Shown here piece after piece: positions 40,241-51,412 of a DNA stretch of 64,000 nucleotides. Position numbers and translations under genes: made by a program. The notes under the pieces were generated by a model, which saw only the letters and a list, made by a program, of their open reading frames with translations, did not search any database and was not told the origin of the DNA. How positions within the stretch are numbered: position 1 is the stretch's first letter; each line of letters begins with the position of its first letter. Source of the DNA: Candidatus Latescibacterota bacterium (GTDB taxonomy: Bacteria > Latescibacterota > UBA2968); contig OZ240241.1 in NCBI GenBank assembly GCA_965198115.1, forward strand, positions 6,752,001 through 6,816,000. The letters are read 5' to 3'.

Positions 40241-42099
40241 ATGGCACACTCGGCTTGGGAGATCGTTGAAGAGGATGTTTTTGTACTGAGGGACAGTTGC
40301 CTGGTGTATGCGGTTCGGGGGCCGGAGGGGACCGTACTGGTGAACGCGGGTACGGGGTCGGCAGCCGAACAATTGGGAGCAGTGGCCGGGAGTGGGGATG
40401 TGACGGTGCTGTTGACACACCACTTTCGAGATCATACAGACGGCGCGATTCGTTTGGCCGGGGCCGGGGCGACCGTGCTTGGGCCCTATTGGGAGAAGGA
40501 CTATCTGATTGACCCGGAACAGCACTTCCGGGAGCGTCAGATCTGGAATTCGTACGACAATCGATGGGACCGGTTTTCGCCGGTTCGGCCCTGCCGATGG
40601 CGGACTGGATGATGGATTATGAGACGCGGTCGATCGCCGGGCTGAACTGGGAGGTTGTGCCGACGCCCGGGGCAACGCAGGGAGCCGTGTCGTATGTGGT
40701 GACGGTGAATGAACGACGGCTGGCTTTTGTGGGAGAGACGGTTTGTGGAAAGGGACGGACGGGGCGGTTGGCGACGTTGCAGTACAATTACAACGATTTT
40801 ACGGGAGCGGTGAATCTGTGGCGGTCGGCCGGCCGGATTCTGAACGCAGAACCGGATCGGTTGTTGCCGAGCCTGGGGGTAGCGTCGGACGATCCAGCCG
40901 GTGCCATAGCGGCGCTGAAGGAGAATCTGAGCCGGCTGGACGAGATCCAGCTAGGGCTTCGTGACGAGTTGTGGGAGCCCGATGAGGACGATGTCGAAGA
41001 GGTGCTTCCCCATCTGTTTCGATCCAAGTACGCCAACGCGCAGACACATTTCGTGATTTCGGAATCGGGTAAGGTGCTGTCGATCGACTATGGTTACAAC
41101 ACGTCTGCGTATGCGTCTCCGGGAAAACAGCATCTCTCGAATCGACGGCCGTTCTTGCACGGGATGGGAGGGCTGAAAAGACGATTCGGCGTAGACCGGA
41201 TCGACACGGTGCTGGTGAGCCACTTTCACGACGATCACGTGAACGGGATCCCCATGTTACAGAGGGTGTTTGGGTCGGAGGTCTGGGCGGGAGAGAATTT
41301 TGCGGATCTGTTGGAGGACCCACCGCGGTATGACCGGCCGTGTCTGTGGCACGAGCCGGCGCGGGTACAGCGTCGACTACCGCTTGGGGCACCGTTTGAG
41401 TGGGAGGGGATTCCGATCACGCTGAATCCGATGTCCGGACACACGCGGTTTTCGACCTTGATCTGCATGGAGGTGGACGGGATACGGGTGGCCCATACGG
41501 GAGATCAAATTTTCTTCCGGGAAACGGATGCGGCCTACGCTCCCGATGCGCGGCCGTTTACGAACCACGTCTATAAAAACGGATTGGATATCGGGTGCTA
41601 TCGAGAGACCGTAGGCTATTTGAAGTCGTTCAAGCCAGAGCTGGTCTTGACGGGACATACGCTGCCCTACCGGCCGGATGAGGCGTGGTACGGGATGATC
41701 GAAAAGGTCGCGGAGGCATTTGACGAGGTGCACTTGAATCTGATGGCCTTGGGAGAAGAGGATGTACATTTCGGAGCGGAGTCCCAGGGGGGGAAGTTGA
41801 AGCCCTATCAGGCTCATGCGCCCAAAGGGGGGACCTTGCGGTTCGAGGGTTGGATTCTGAATCCATTCCCGTCGGCGGAACAGGCGCGCATGGCCCTCGT
41901 CGGACCGGATGGGTGGGGGGGTGAGGAAGCAGTGATCGATCTTGAACCGCGAGAACAGGCGGAGATTCAGATTGGGATCACGCCACCGGAAGGCACGGTG
42001 TGTCGACGACAACCGGTGGGGCTGGATTTGACGGTGGGAGATCGACCGTTCGGGCAGGTGGCGGAGGCGCTGGTGACGGTAGGGTGTCCGATGTTTTGA
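40241..42099 (+). CDS. Tandem metallo-beta-lactamase-fold hydrolase (frameshift near 40590)
   Basis: Degenerate THHFRDH in domain 1; SHFHDDH, GHT, TGD and TGH in domain 2. Confidence 0.85.
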
Positions 42100-42196
42100 G
42101 GCGATGCGTTGATTGTGGATAGGTGCAAAGGTCTCATACGGGTATGCGAAAATCTGGAGCTGGATCGTGTCGTCGAGCAAGATGTCATTGTTGTTT

Positions 42197-43003
42197 CTAT
42201 CCGTAAGCACCTTTCGGATGCTTGCCGAACACCCGAAGCGTGCGCTCGTCGGCGCCTTCTAGCACGTGGTCGGGCACACGATAGTTGAGGAAGGGGTAGA
42301 ACCGCTGGGCGATGCGGCGATCGCCGTAGGCGAACTGATAGAGACAACGGCGCCGGTCGGATCTGTTCGGCGCGCCACGGTGCCAGAGTTGGCTGTGCTG
42401 GAGATACAGATCGCCGGCCTCGCAGAGAATGGATTCCGGACCGTGGCCGTCGAATGTTGGTTTTTCTTGCGAATTCGGTTCGTGGCCCGCGTAGTGGCTG
42501 CACGATACGATCTGCGTCGGTCCGTACTCGATCGAAGGCACGTCCGTCAGCATCATCTGGAAATTGACGATGAAGTTCGGGATCCGGATTCTCGGGTCGT
42601 GACGAGGAATGTCGTCCGGCAGCGGGAAGTAGAGGCCGTCGTCCACGTGCCAGCTGGTGATGGCGTCACCGGGCGCGTTGTAGACCGCGCCGTCGGCGAT
42701 GAGGTGACAGTTCTGTCCCACGATCGCTTCTCCGAGACTGATCATGGGCTCGCGTACGACCATGTCGCCGAAGATTCGTTCTCGTTCGAACAGGCGAACG
42801 AAAGACCAACCGTTGTTGGTATGGTGCTTCAGTTTCGACGTGGGATCGCGACGCATGCGCTCGATGCCTTCGAGCAGCTCGGACACTTCGCCCTGCGTCA
42901 ACACGCCTGGCAGATGAACCCACCCTAGGCGGTTGAATTCTTCGACGATGGCGGCAATCTCTGCATCGGCCAGAGTATGGTCTCCTTGGGCGTTGTCAGC
43001 CAT
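42197..43003 (-). CDS. PhyH-like dioxygenase
   Basis: FNRLGWV, WHVD, GPT.IV..SH, AGD..WHRG..N.SDRRR. Confidence 0.9.
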   Translation of the reverse strand: MADNAQGDHTLADAEIAAIVEEFNRLGWVHLPGVLTQGEVSELLEGIERMRRDPTSKLKHHTNNGWSFVRLFERERIFGDMVVREPMISLGEAIVGQNCHLIADGAVYNAPGDAITSWHVDDGLYFPLPDDIPRHDPRIRIPNFIVNFQMMLTDVPSIEYGPTQIVSCSHYAGHEPNSQEKPTFDGHGPESILCEAGDLYLQHSQLWHRGAPNRSDRRRCLYQFAYGDRRIAQRFYPFLNYRVPDHVLEGADERTLRVFGKHPKGAYG

Positions 43004-43184
43004 GGGTCATCTCAGTCTGATTCGAAACGGTGCATACCATCGCAAAGGTCATCAGTGCGGGCACGATGGAGATTTCGGCCCACGTGAGCTGTCCGTCGAC
43101 GAAGACAAAAAAGGACTAAGATTGGGGAAAGACAAACCCATCCAGAACGGACGTCGGGAGTAGGGACACGTAATCACGGAGAGA

Positions 43185-44385
43185 ATGAAGTGGCTGAAAC
43201 GGGCGCAACGGACTATCCCCGGCCCGCGATCTGTCGACAGGAGGCGCGATCCCGACTCCACGAAGTACGATCCCCCTGGGACGACTGGAGCATCTCGTGT
43301 CACACGAAGCGAGCGGTGCCTACTCACCCGATCGGGTGATCAGCCCGCTGGTGCGACTGGCGGTTCGACAAAAGCATTCCGCGGGTCCGCGTTACCAGGA
43401 GGCGCTCAGCTATACCTTCCTGGTCCACTCCATGAAGTTCGCTCGTGTGACGCAGATGGACGATGGCCGCTTGATGATGATTGCCTCGGGTTGGCTCGAA
43501 GAGGGGCAGAACGGTGAGTGCAGCTGTTTTATCATTTACTCGGATGACGAGGGTCAGAGTTGGACCCAGCCACGTGAGATCCACCGGAACGCCCTGAGCC
43601 GGTCAACCTAGGTGGGCAGCGGCTGCTGATCGTCCCCAACGACGATCCCGGCTTTACGTGCTTCAGTGACGATTGCGGCAAGACGTGGAGCGAAAAGAAA
43701 TCCTTTCCGCCCCTGCCGGACGGCCGCGTGACGACGCGTCATGGCACAATCCTCGTCGAAGGGGAGACCGTCTCGGGCGTGTTTGCGACCGAGGACAATT
43801 CTGACGCCTCGGGTTGGACGGCAAGATCGCTGATCCGGCGCAGCCGCGACGGCGGTCGGACCTGGAACGAGGGCATCTGGCTGCCGCGGGAATGGCAGGT
43901 CTCCGAAGGCGCGTTAGCCCGAGCGGCGGACGGCGCCCTAGTTGTCTCGCTACGTACCGCTCAGACACCCGGCATGCCGAGCACCTGCGACCATTGGCGA
44001 CGGATCACCACGGCCCGCTCCGTCGATGACGGGCTGACGTGGACAGACCATCAGGTGCATTTCGACTACGGCAAAGTGCACAGCGGTCTTGTGACCTTGC
44101 GAAACGGCGATATTCTGATGACCTATGCCGCCCGTATGGGGGAGCTCTACCACGGCATCGAGGCCGTGCTGAGCAGCGATCACGGCAAGACCTGGGACTG
44201 GGACAGCCGCTTCGTACTCTTCCGCTGGGCCATGCACCAGTCGATGCACAGCCCCGTGTCGGTCGAACTCGCGGACGGTCGCATTCTTCCTATACCACTA
44301 TGATGCCCCTTGGGGCGAAGGCAGTTTCAACTCGACGGTGCTGGGCATGACCTCTGTAGTGATCTGGTCGCCGTACGATACCTGA
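43185..44385 (+). CDS. BNR/Asp-box sialidase-like protein with several frameshifts
   Basis: SDDEGQSW, SDDCGKTW, SRDGGRTW, SVDDGLTW and SSDHGKTW spread across different frames. Confidence 0.75.
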
Positions 44386-44414
44386 CCCAGCTCGGGTAAA
44401 CCGGAAGGCATGCG

Positions 44415-45488
44415 TCACGGCAGGCGCGGTAGCACTTCCTCCTTCAGCAGCTTCATCGAGTGCAGCCACGGCTCTCTGGGTTCCCACTCGTGGCCCATCG
44501 CCAGCAACACGCCGAAACCGCCGACTTCATCGTGGAGCTTCTGCAACTGGCTGACCACGTCGTCGGGGCTGCCCACAATCCAGATGTTGTCGAGAATGTA
44601 CTCCACCGTTACGTCGGAATCCGGCATGTCGGGATCTGTCTTCATCAGATCGAGCATGCGGACCTTAGGCAGCAGGTGCAGGAAGTAATCCCGGAAATCG
44701 CGCGCCGGGGTACCCTCGAGCGCCAGGCGGCGCGCTTCTTCGGTGGTGTCGGCGACGACGACCTCACGGGCGATACGCCACTGTGAGCGGTTGGCTTCGA
44801 TCCCGGCCTGGGCCGCTCCTTCGGCCACCGCCTCCCAGTGCGTCTTCAGTACGCGGGTCGGCACGATATTGATGCTCATCGGAATCCAGCCGCGGGCGCC
44901 GGCCGTTACCAGTGTGCCTGATTTGACGGTCACGCCCGCCACACCGATCGGGGGGTGTGGCTTCTGGTACGGCTCGAGGTGAAAACGCAGGCCGATCTCG
45001 TCGTCGACGGCGGGCACCGTAAAGCGCCAGAACCTGTGCTCGTAGAGACCCGGCTCGGGATCTCTCCAAAGCTTCAGCACCAGCTCAATGGCGTCGCTCG
45101 TCATGCCGCGCTGCTCGCCGGTTTTGGGGTCGAACCCGAAGACCTCGAAGTCGCCGGGGAATCCGCCGGAGCCGACGCCCCAGTTGAAGCGGCCGCGACA
45201 CATGTGGTCGAGCTGGGCGATGCGACTGGCAACCATGAACGGGTTGTGGTTCGGCATGCAGGTGACGCCGGTTCCGAGCACGATGTCACTCGTCTGTTTG
45301 ATGGCACTGGCGATCAGCAGATCGGGGGCCGGGATGTTCTCCCAGACGCTGGTGAAGTGCTCGCCGATCCAGGCCTCTTTGAATCCGAGCTGGTCGAGGA
45401 TGATCAGCTGTTCGAGGTCGCTGTCCAACCCCTCCGTGAAGTTGCTCCCCGGAGGGTGCAGCGGCATCGTGAAAAAACCGAGTTCCAT
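44415..45488 (-). CDS. LLM-class flavin-dependent monooxygenase
   Basis: FTMPLHPP, WIGEH, LGTGV, AQLDH..RGR, PYQKPHPPI. Confidence 0.92.
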   Translation of the reverse strand: MELGFFTMPLHPPGSNFTEGLDSDLEQLIILDQLGFKEAWIGEHFTSVWENIPAPDLLIASAIKQTSDIVLGTGVTCMPNHNPFMVASRIAQLDHMCRGRFNWGVGSGGFPGDFEVFGFDPKTGEQRGMTSDAIELVLKLWRDPEPGLYEHRFWRFTVPAVDDEIGLRFHLEPYQKPHPPIGVAGVTVKSGTLVTAGARGWIPMSINIVPTRVLKTHWEAVAEGAAQAGIEANRSQWRIAREVVVADTTEEARRLALEGTPARDFRDYFLHLLPKVRMLDLMKTDPDMPDSDVTVEYILDNIWIVGSPDDVVSQLQKLHDEVGGFGVLLAMGHEWEPREPWLHSMKLLKEEVLPRLP

Positions 45489-45607
45489 CAGGTTTTCCAA
45501 TCTGTTGAGGATGAATGCAGGCAGCGGCGCGTGGAGCGTGCGGGTGAGGCTCACCTATGTCGGGGGGCATATCCACACCATAGCCCACTTTTGTCAAGCC
45601 CTGCGAC

Positions 45608-47153
45608 TCACGCCATCCAGAACGCGTAGAGGCGGGCCGATTGGAGGTGGAAGCGCAGCCGCACCGGCTTGTGAGGAAGGGTGTCCAGGTCTCTCGCTTC
45701 CCAACTTACAGACAGCGCGGTGCCATCTCCCGTCACTGGGCGGCAGTTTTCGGCTGTGAAGTCCGCGAGCGGTTCTCCCTGCTCGTCCAACACTGCAACA
45801 CGGAGGCTGCCTCCCTCGTCAACGGCGGCGTTGACGTGTAACTGCCGCCCTTCAAACGTGAGCGGGCGCGTCGTGACCTGGCCGGGCGCTTCGTCTGCGA
45901 CCAGGGAGGCGAACCCATCACGACGCAGTGTCGCCAGCCCCATGGCCATGGTCGATTCGACGTCTGTGTCGGGGTTGCGCTGACCAAGCATCTCGCTGCC
46001 GCGATAGAAGAACCAGAGCTCATCATCCACGAGCAGAGGGCCCTGATGATTGATCTCGGAGTAGTCGGGCTCCCAGCTGCCCTCCGGACCAAGCGGGAGA
46101 AAGGTCTCGCGGTTGCAGGCCCGACTCCAGGTGCGTCCGTCGTGGCTGGTCATGAGCTGAACATCGACCCGCTTCCACGGCTCTTCGCGATGGACGCGCA
46201 GAAAACCAAGCCACATGCCCTCATACGGCACGCCGAGCAGACCGTAGAAGCCGATCGTGCCCTGCGCGAGATCTTCGCGATCCGGGAACGCCACCACCAG
46301 CGGTCGCGACCAGTGAAACAGGTCGTCGCTCTCCAGCTGGAGCCGGAAGCGGTGCCCGCCGCCCTGGATGTCGCGACGAAGAGTGCCCTTGGCATCGCAC
46401 ACATACGTTTGCAGTTTCGCGTCCCAACGGACGTGACCGGTATCGCCCAAACGGGGAAGTGGTAGCGTCGGTTTCTCACCGGACTGCGGCCGAGGGCCAT
46501 ACGGCATCATCTCGCCGTCCACGTCCCACCGAATGCCATCTTGCGACGTGTAGAGATAGTAGCCTTCCTCGGCGATCCACTCTGGCGAGCGACCCGGTGA
46601 ATTGTGTTCCCACACGGCCTTCCACGGCGCTCGCTCGTCCTGCGGCTCGTGGATCAGGCCACGCAGGTCACCCGCCGGCAAGATGAGGTTGTTCGCTTTC
46701 GAGCCTTCCCACGAGTAGAGACCGAGTTGCGGGCGCTCCCAGTGGATTCCATCGCCAGATTCGGCGTAGAGGTTGGGCCAGTCATACGTTCGTCCATCCC
46801 CTCTGTAGGTGGTTCGGGAGCGATACCACAGACGAAAGCGTCCGGTGTGCTCATCGCGGAGGCAGTACCAATACCGGGGCCGGAGGCTCCCACGGATGCT
46901 CCGGCACGAGCACGGGATTGGCCGGATGCTTCTCTGGCTGATGCAACTGCCGGCGCACGCCCTGACACCCGGCGATCAGGTAGTCGTCCACGAACAGCTG
47001 CCGGCTGTGATCGATCTTGACGGGCCACCCGGCGACGTCGACCGGGTGCATGAAGGCGTCGTCGTGCAACACACCCCATCCATCGAAATGACGCGACCAG
47101 GCCGGGTCCTCCGCAAGCTCCAGCGCCTCTTCGGGCGTTATTCCAGTGACCAT
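45608..47153 (-). CDS. GH32/GH43-like beta-propeller protein with frameshifts near 46880 and 46700
   Basis: RQLFVDDYLI, KHPANPV, AESGDGIHW, SQDGIRW, GLATLRRDGFASL, LYAFW. Confidence 0.75.
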
Positions 47154-47311
47154 CGTTCCTTCCTTTCGTCATACTTACCGAGGGCGGACAAGGAGAATAA
47201 GAATGTTCCTCTTCGGCCGCTAACCGGAATACCATGGCGCCCGCTGGCAAGGGGGTGTACTGTTGGTCATCCCGAATTGCACTGAATGAGTTAAACGATG
47301 GGAGCGCACGG

Positions 47312-47797
47312 ATGACCACGACGATCGGACTCGACCACATCGGTTTCAGCGTTTCGGACCTCGATCGCTCCATCGCCTTCTACAACCTTCTACTGGAGCG
47401 TGAGCCGGTGCTGCGTAGACATTACCCCGAAGAATACGTGGCGCGAGTTGTCGGCTACGACGAGATCGACATGGACGCGGCCTTCTTCGAGATCGGCGAC
47501 AGTGGTATGGTCCTGGAGCTCCTGGAGTATCGTGAACCGCCGAGCGCTCGGGTCGACATGGAAACCTACAACGTCGGCAACGCGCACCTGTGCCTGGTTG
47601 TCGCCGATCTGCAGGCCGAGTACGACCGTCTGATCCCCCACGGGGTCAGGTTTCGCTCCGAGACACCCGTCGATATTCCGATTGGTCCGTACACGGGAGG
47701 CAAAGCCTGTTACCTGCGAGACCCCGATGGCATCAGCATCGAGCTTTTGGAACCGCCACCCGCTGGAAGGCCGGATTTCTCCGGCACGAAAGGATGA
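47312..47797 (+). CDS. VOC (glyoxalase/bleomycin resistance) family protein
   Basis: DHIG..VSDLDRSIAFY, LELLEY, HLCL.V, YLRDPDG..IEL. Confidence 0.92.
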   Translation: MTTTIGLDHIGFSVSDLDRSIAFYNLLLEREPVLRRHYPEEYVARVVGYDEIDMDAAFFEIGDSGMVLELLEYREPPSARVDMETYNVGNAHLCLVVADLQAEYDRLIPHGVRFRSETPVDIPIGPYTGGKACYLRDPDGISIELLEPPPAGRPDFSGTKG

Positions 47798-47856
47798 GTC
47801 CACGAGATGCGGTCAGCCAGCCACGAGACATCGAAATTGAGTAAAAGAGTTAGGTC

Positions 47857-48423
47857 GTGACCGTTCGCCCACAGGGTGAGCTTCTGTGGTGTGGAGAACA
47901 CTGGATTGCTTACGTGCGGCCCTCAGGAACAGAGCACGAAAGCGGTCTGGTGAGTCTGTACCACGCCTACGCGAGCCCTGCCGGTACGGGCACGGCAGCG
48001 TTCGTGCAGATTCCGAGGGAGGATGGCTTTGTGGGGTTGTGCACGGATAACGAAGCCTTCGCGGCGTTTGTCAAGCAGACGCAGGTTACTTCTTCTGCGC
48101 CGTATGATGTGGGAATGCCGGTCGTGAATGCGCAGTTTCGGAAGAGCGGCGACGTCCTGGAACGGCCGACGTGGACCATCGAAGCCATCGATCGGCAGGT
48201 GGTGATATCTTGGTGGGACCTTCAAGCGCCGCTGGTGGGACCGCCAACGCTGCATCCAAGGATCGTGTTCACGATTCTTGTCTTCGCGGAGGATGCTGCG
48301 ATCGAGCTGGATGGCAGGAAGGTGGTCGGAGCGCCTTACCCACGGGAAGCCTGGGCGAAAAGCCTGGGCACGCCGATGAGCTCGTGCGTGTTTGCGCTGG
48401 CAGAGACGATGGTTCGAGAGTAG
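47857..48423 (+). CDS. Hypothetical protein
   Basis: 188-aa ORF filling the gap after the VOC gene; no recognised motif. Confidence 0.6.
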   Translation: MTVRPQGELLWCGEHWIAYVRPSGTEHESGLVSLYHAYASPAGTGTAAFVQIPREDGFVGLCTDNEAFAAFVKQTQVTSSAPYDVGMPVVNAQFRKSGDVLERPTWTIEAIDRQVVISWWDLQAPLVGPPTLHPRIVFTILVFAEDAAIELDGRKVVGAPYPREAWAKSLGTPMSSCVFALAETMVRE

Positions 48424-48435
48424 CAGGATTCGGCG

Positions 48436-49868
48436 TCAGCCCGTTTGTCTGAAGGCGTAGAGGCTGGCGTTCTGCAGGTAGAACTTCAGCCGAATTCGCT
48501 TGCCCCTGAGTGAATCGAAAACAGCATCCTTCCACGTCATCCGCTGACAGACAGAGTCACCGTCGAAAAGAGCCGAGTAGACCCGCGCGAAGCCGGATTG
48601 CTCGTACCCCTCCTCGTCCAACACGGCGACGGAAACCTGACCGCCTCGCGCCGAGGCGTTGATCTCCAGATCGCCGCCAGCACATTCGAACGGTCCGGTC
48701 ACCAGATGACCGCCGTCTTCTCCTGCATCGACCGATACGAATCCGTCGAGACGAAGTTTGGCCAGGCAGATCGGGCCGCTGCGACCGGTCCGCCCGTGCT
48801 CTACCGCACTCGGTGAATAGTAGAACCAGAGCTCGTCATCCACGATCAAAGGCGTGTTGGCCATATAGATCTCGCCCGCGTCGATGCTGTTCGGCGGACC
48901 GTTCGGCAAGAAGGTGGCCCTGTTCGCTGTCCGGTTCCAGTGAATGCCGTCCCGGCTGTCGGCGAGTTGGACGTCAACTTTGCCGAAGAAGCTGATCTGC
49001 CGCTCTTCGGGCGGCGTGTGGTAGGCATAGAGCAGGCCGATGTAGTGGTCTTCGTAGGTGAAGACCGGCATGCCGTAGAACTCCAGACCGGGCGGATCTT
49101 CGCCGTCGGGGACGAGGATGTCTTCAGGGTCGGTCCAACTGTTGAAGTCGACGCTGATGGCGCGACCGATTCGCCGGGTCTTGTTGCCAGGTGGAGAGAA
49201 GGCCGCGCGTACGCGACATACTGGCCGTGGCGTTCGTCCCATCCGAGGAGGGTGTGGGCATCGCTGGATCGCTTGGAGACCGGATTGCCGTCGTACTTGG
49301 TCCAGCGAAGACCGTCGGGGGAGAAGCCGACAGAGAATCCGTCGCCCTCATTGCTGGTTCCGTCCTTTTCGCGGCTCTCGAAAAACAAGGACTTGTAGCG
49401 TCGAGCGGGATCCGGGTCGCGCGGGTCGTAAATGACGTTGCCACTGCTGGCATTGACGAGGACGATGTTGTTGTCCCTAGATCCTTCGTATTCGACAAGA
49501 CCGAGGTTGGGTCGGTCCCAGAAGATGCCGTCGCGAGACGTGGCATAGCAGTACATATACAGCAGGTTGTTCGGGTCGAACCCCATGTGCGCCCACTTCG
49601 AGGTGTCTTTCGACCCCATCTGGCGGACACCCATGCCGCCGTAGCCGGTATACCACATTCGCAGCAAACCCGGATCTTCCGGGTCGCGCATCACGTTTCC
49701 GTAGAGCGTGATCCGGCCCTCCCAGGAGTAGAGTGGGAACATCAGTGGATTACCGGCGTACTTGGCCGGCTGATGGAGCGTGTAGGACAAGCCTTGCAGT
49801 TTGTCGACGATGAGGTCATCCAGAAACAGCTACTTTTTGGAACCTACTTGAATTGATGCGTCGGCCAT
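48436..49868 (-). CDS. GH32/GH43-like beta-propeller protein (in-frame TAG at 49830-49832, frameshift near 49200)
   Basis: K*LFLDD, YATSRDGIFW.RP.LG, SPDGLRW, SRDGIHW, LAKLRLDGFVS; paralogous to 45608-47153. Confidence 0.78.
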
Positions 49869-50141
49869 GGTCTCATCCACTCCAGGGTCTGGTCGTTTGG
49901 TGAACGCGCCAAAATAGGCCGCCCCATGGTCAGATGCAAGAAGCAGCCGGATCAGCCAAGAGGCGATTCAATCGAAGCCGCCTGTTCGCGGGCTTGGGTC
50001 GTTCGATGAGATCGAACGGCTCCGATCGCGACATCGCAGAAATTCCGAGGAACTCGAAAACGGGGTCGCTATATTCAGCGGGTTCAGATGGGCGTACTCG
50101 CACCGTTTTACGAGTCCACTCGGACGCCAAGGATGGGATTT

Positions 50142-51311
50142 ATGAAAAGTTCAGCTGACGCGGTGGTCATCGGAGGCGGAATCCTGGGGGTCAGCACGGT
50201 CCACTTCCTCGCCAAGCTGGGGGTCGGGTCTGTGGTCCTTGTGGAAAAGAGGACACTCGCAGCCGTTAGTACGGGGCATTCTGCGGCTGCGATCCGCACG
50301 TTCTATTCGAATCCGCTTACGATTCAGCTAGCCCAGCGAGCAGTCCAGATGTTTTCGAACGCTGGTCAGGAAATCGGGGGTGACTGCGGCTTCAATCAAG
50401 CAGGCTATCTGACGCTGTTGAGCCTCGAAGCATTGGAAGCCGGCCGAAAAGTTGTTGAAATGGAACGTGCCGCGGGGATTCGGGTGGAAGAGTTGACGCG
50501 AGAAGACATTCACGACCGTCTTCCGATGGTCAATCTCGACGGCATCGACTGCGGTGTGCTGGAGCCGGACTCGGGCTACGTCGACCCTGTCATGACGACG
50601 CAGACTCTTGCACGAACTGCCGAGTCGTGGGGGTTGACAGTCTACGAAGGTGCCGGGGCCACAGGCATCCGAACAGATGGCGGGCGTGTTGCCAGTGTGG
50701 AAACGGAACAGGGCTCGATTGATACCCCCGTCGTGGTCAACGCCGCAGGGGGCTGGGGGGGTCGCGTCGGGTCCTGGGTGGGGCTGAAATACTCACTCCG
50801 CTGGAGTCGGGAGGTCGATATCGTCCTGGAGGTGCCCTTCGACACGGATGCGTTCCCCTGGCTTTCCGACCCACAGATCCGCTTTTACTCCCGCCAGGCT
50901 GGTCCGCGACAGCTGCTTGTGGGTCTGGGATTCCCAAAGGAGATCGAGCCGCTGGACATCGACAATTACAGCGAGGAGCTCGATGACCCGACGAGGGAAA
51001 GGATCGAGGAGCTACTCTTTGAACGCATTCCGACGGCGAAGAACAGCAGCCTCGTTCGCGGCTGGGCATCCATGTACACGATCACCGACGACTGGCATCC
51101 TCTTATCGGGCCGGAACCGGATGTGCCGGGATACTATGCCTGCGTGGCTGGAAACGGACACTGCTTCAAACTCGGTCCACCGATCGGCGAATCCCTCGCG
51201 CACGTGATCGCGGGGAAGGATCCGCCATCCGATCTTCATCCACTCAGACCCTCACGCTTCGTGGAAGGTGATTACTTTACGTCGGTGTGGGGAGGCGGAA
51301 ACAGAGCCTGA
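50142..51311 (+). CDS. FAD-dependent oxidoreductase, sarcosine oxidase beta/DAO family
   Basis: IGGGILG, STGHSAA, VNAAG.W, T.DWHP.IG, GHCFKLGP. Confidence 0.9.
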   Translation: MKSSADAVVIGGGILGVSTVHFLAKLGVGSVVLVEKRTLAAVSTGHSAAAIRTFYSNPLTIQLAQRAVQMFSNAGQEIGGDCGFNQAGYLTLLSLEALEAGRKVVEMERAAGIRVEELTREDIHDRLPMVNLDGIDCGVLEPDSGYVDPVMTTQTLARTAESWGLTVYEGAGATGIRTDGGRVASVETEQGSIDTPVVVNAAGGWGGRVGSWVGLKYSLRWSREVDIVLEVPFDTDAFPWLSDPQIRFYSRQAGPRQLLVGLGFPKEIEPLDIDNYSEELDDPTRERIEELLFERIPTAKNSSLVRGWASMYTITDDWHPLIGPEPDVPGYYACVAGNGHCFKLGPPIGESLAHVIAGKDPPSDLHPLRPSRFVEGDYFTSVWGGGNRA

Positions 51312-51321
51312 GAACCCAATC

Positions 51322-51350
51322 TTCGCCCCCGTGCGGAGCACAGGGGCGAG
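51322..51350 (+). terminator. Intergenic hairpin (weak terminator or processing stem)
   Basis: TCGCCCC.GTGC-gga-GCAC.GGGGCGA, without a T tail. Confidence 0.4.
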
Positions 51351-51412
51351 CGTAACGCACTCTCTCAAACCGGCCCTGTATTAGTGATACCCGAGGATGA
51401 AAGAGCCACATC

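Noticed and set aside
32055-49832. Stop-codon reassignment (alternative code, Sec or Pyl)
   Set aside because: The in-frame stops stand for different expected residues (TAG for Trp and for Gln, TGA for Arg), and TAG and TGA end many normal genes here.
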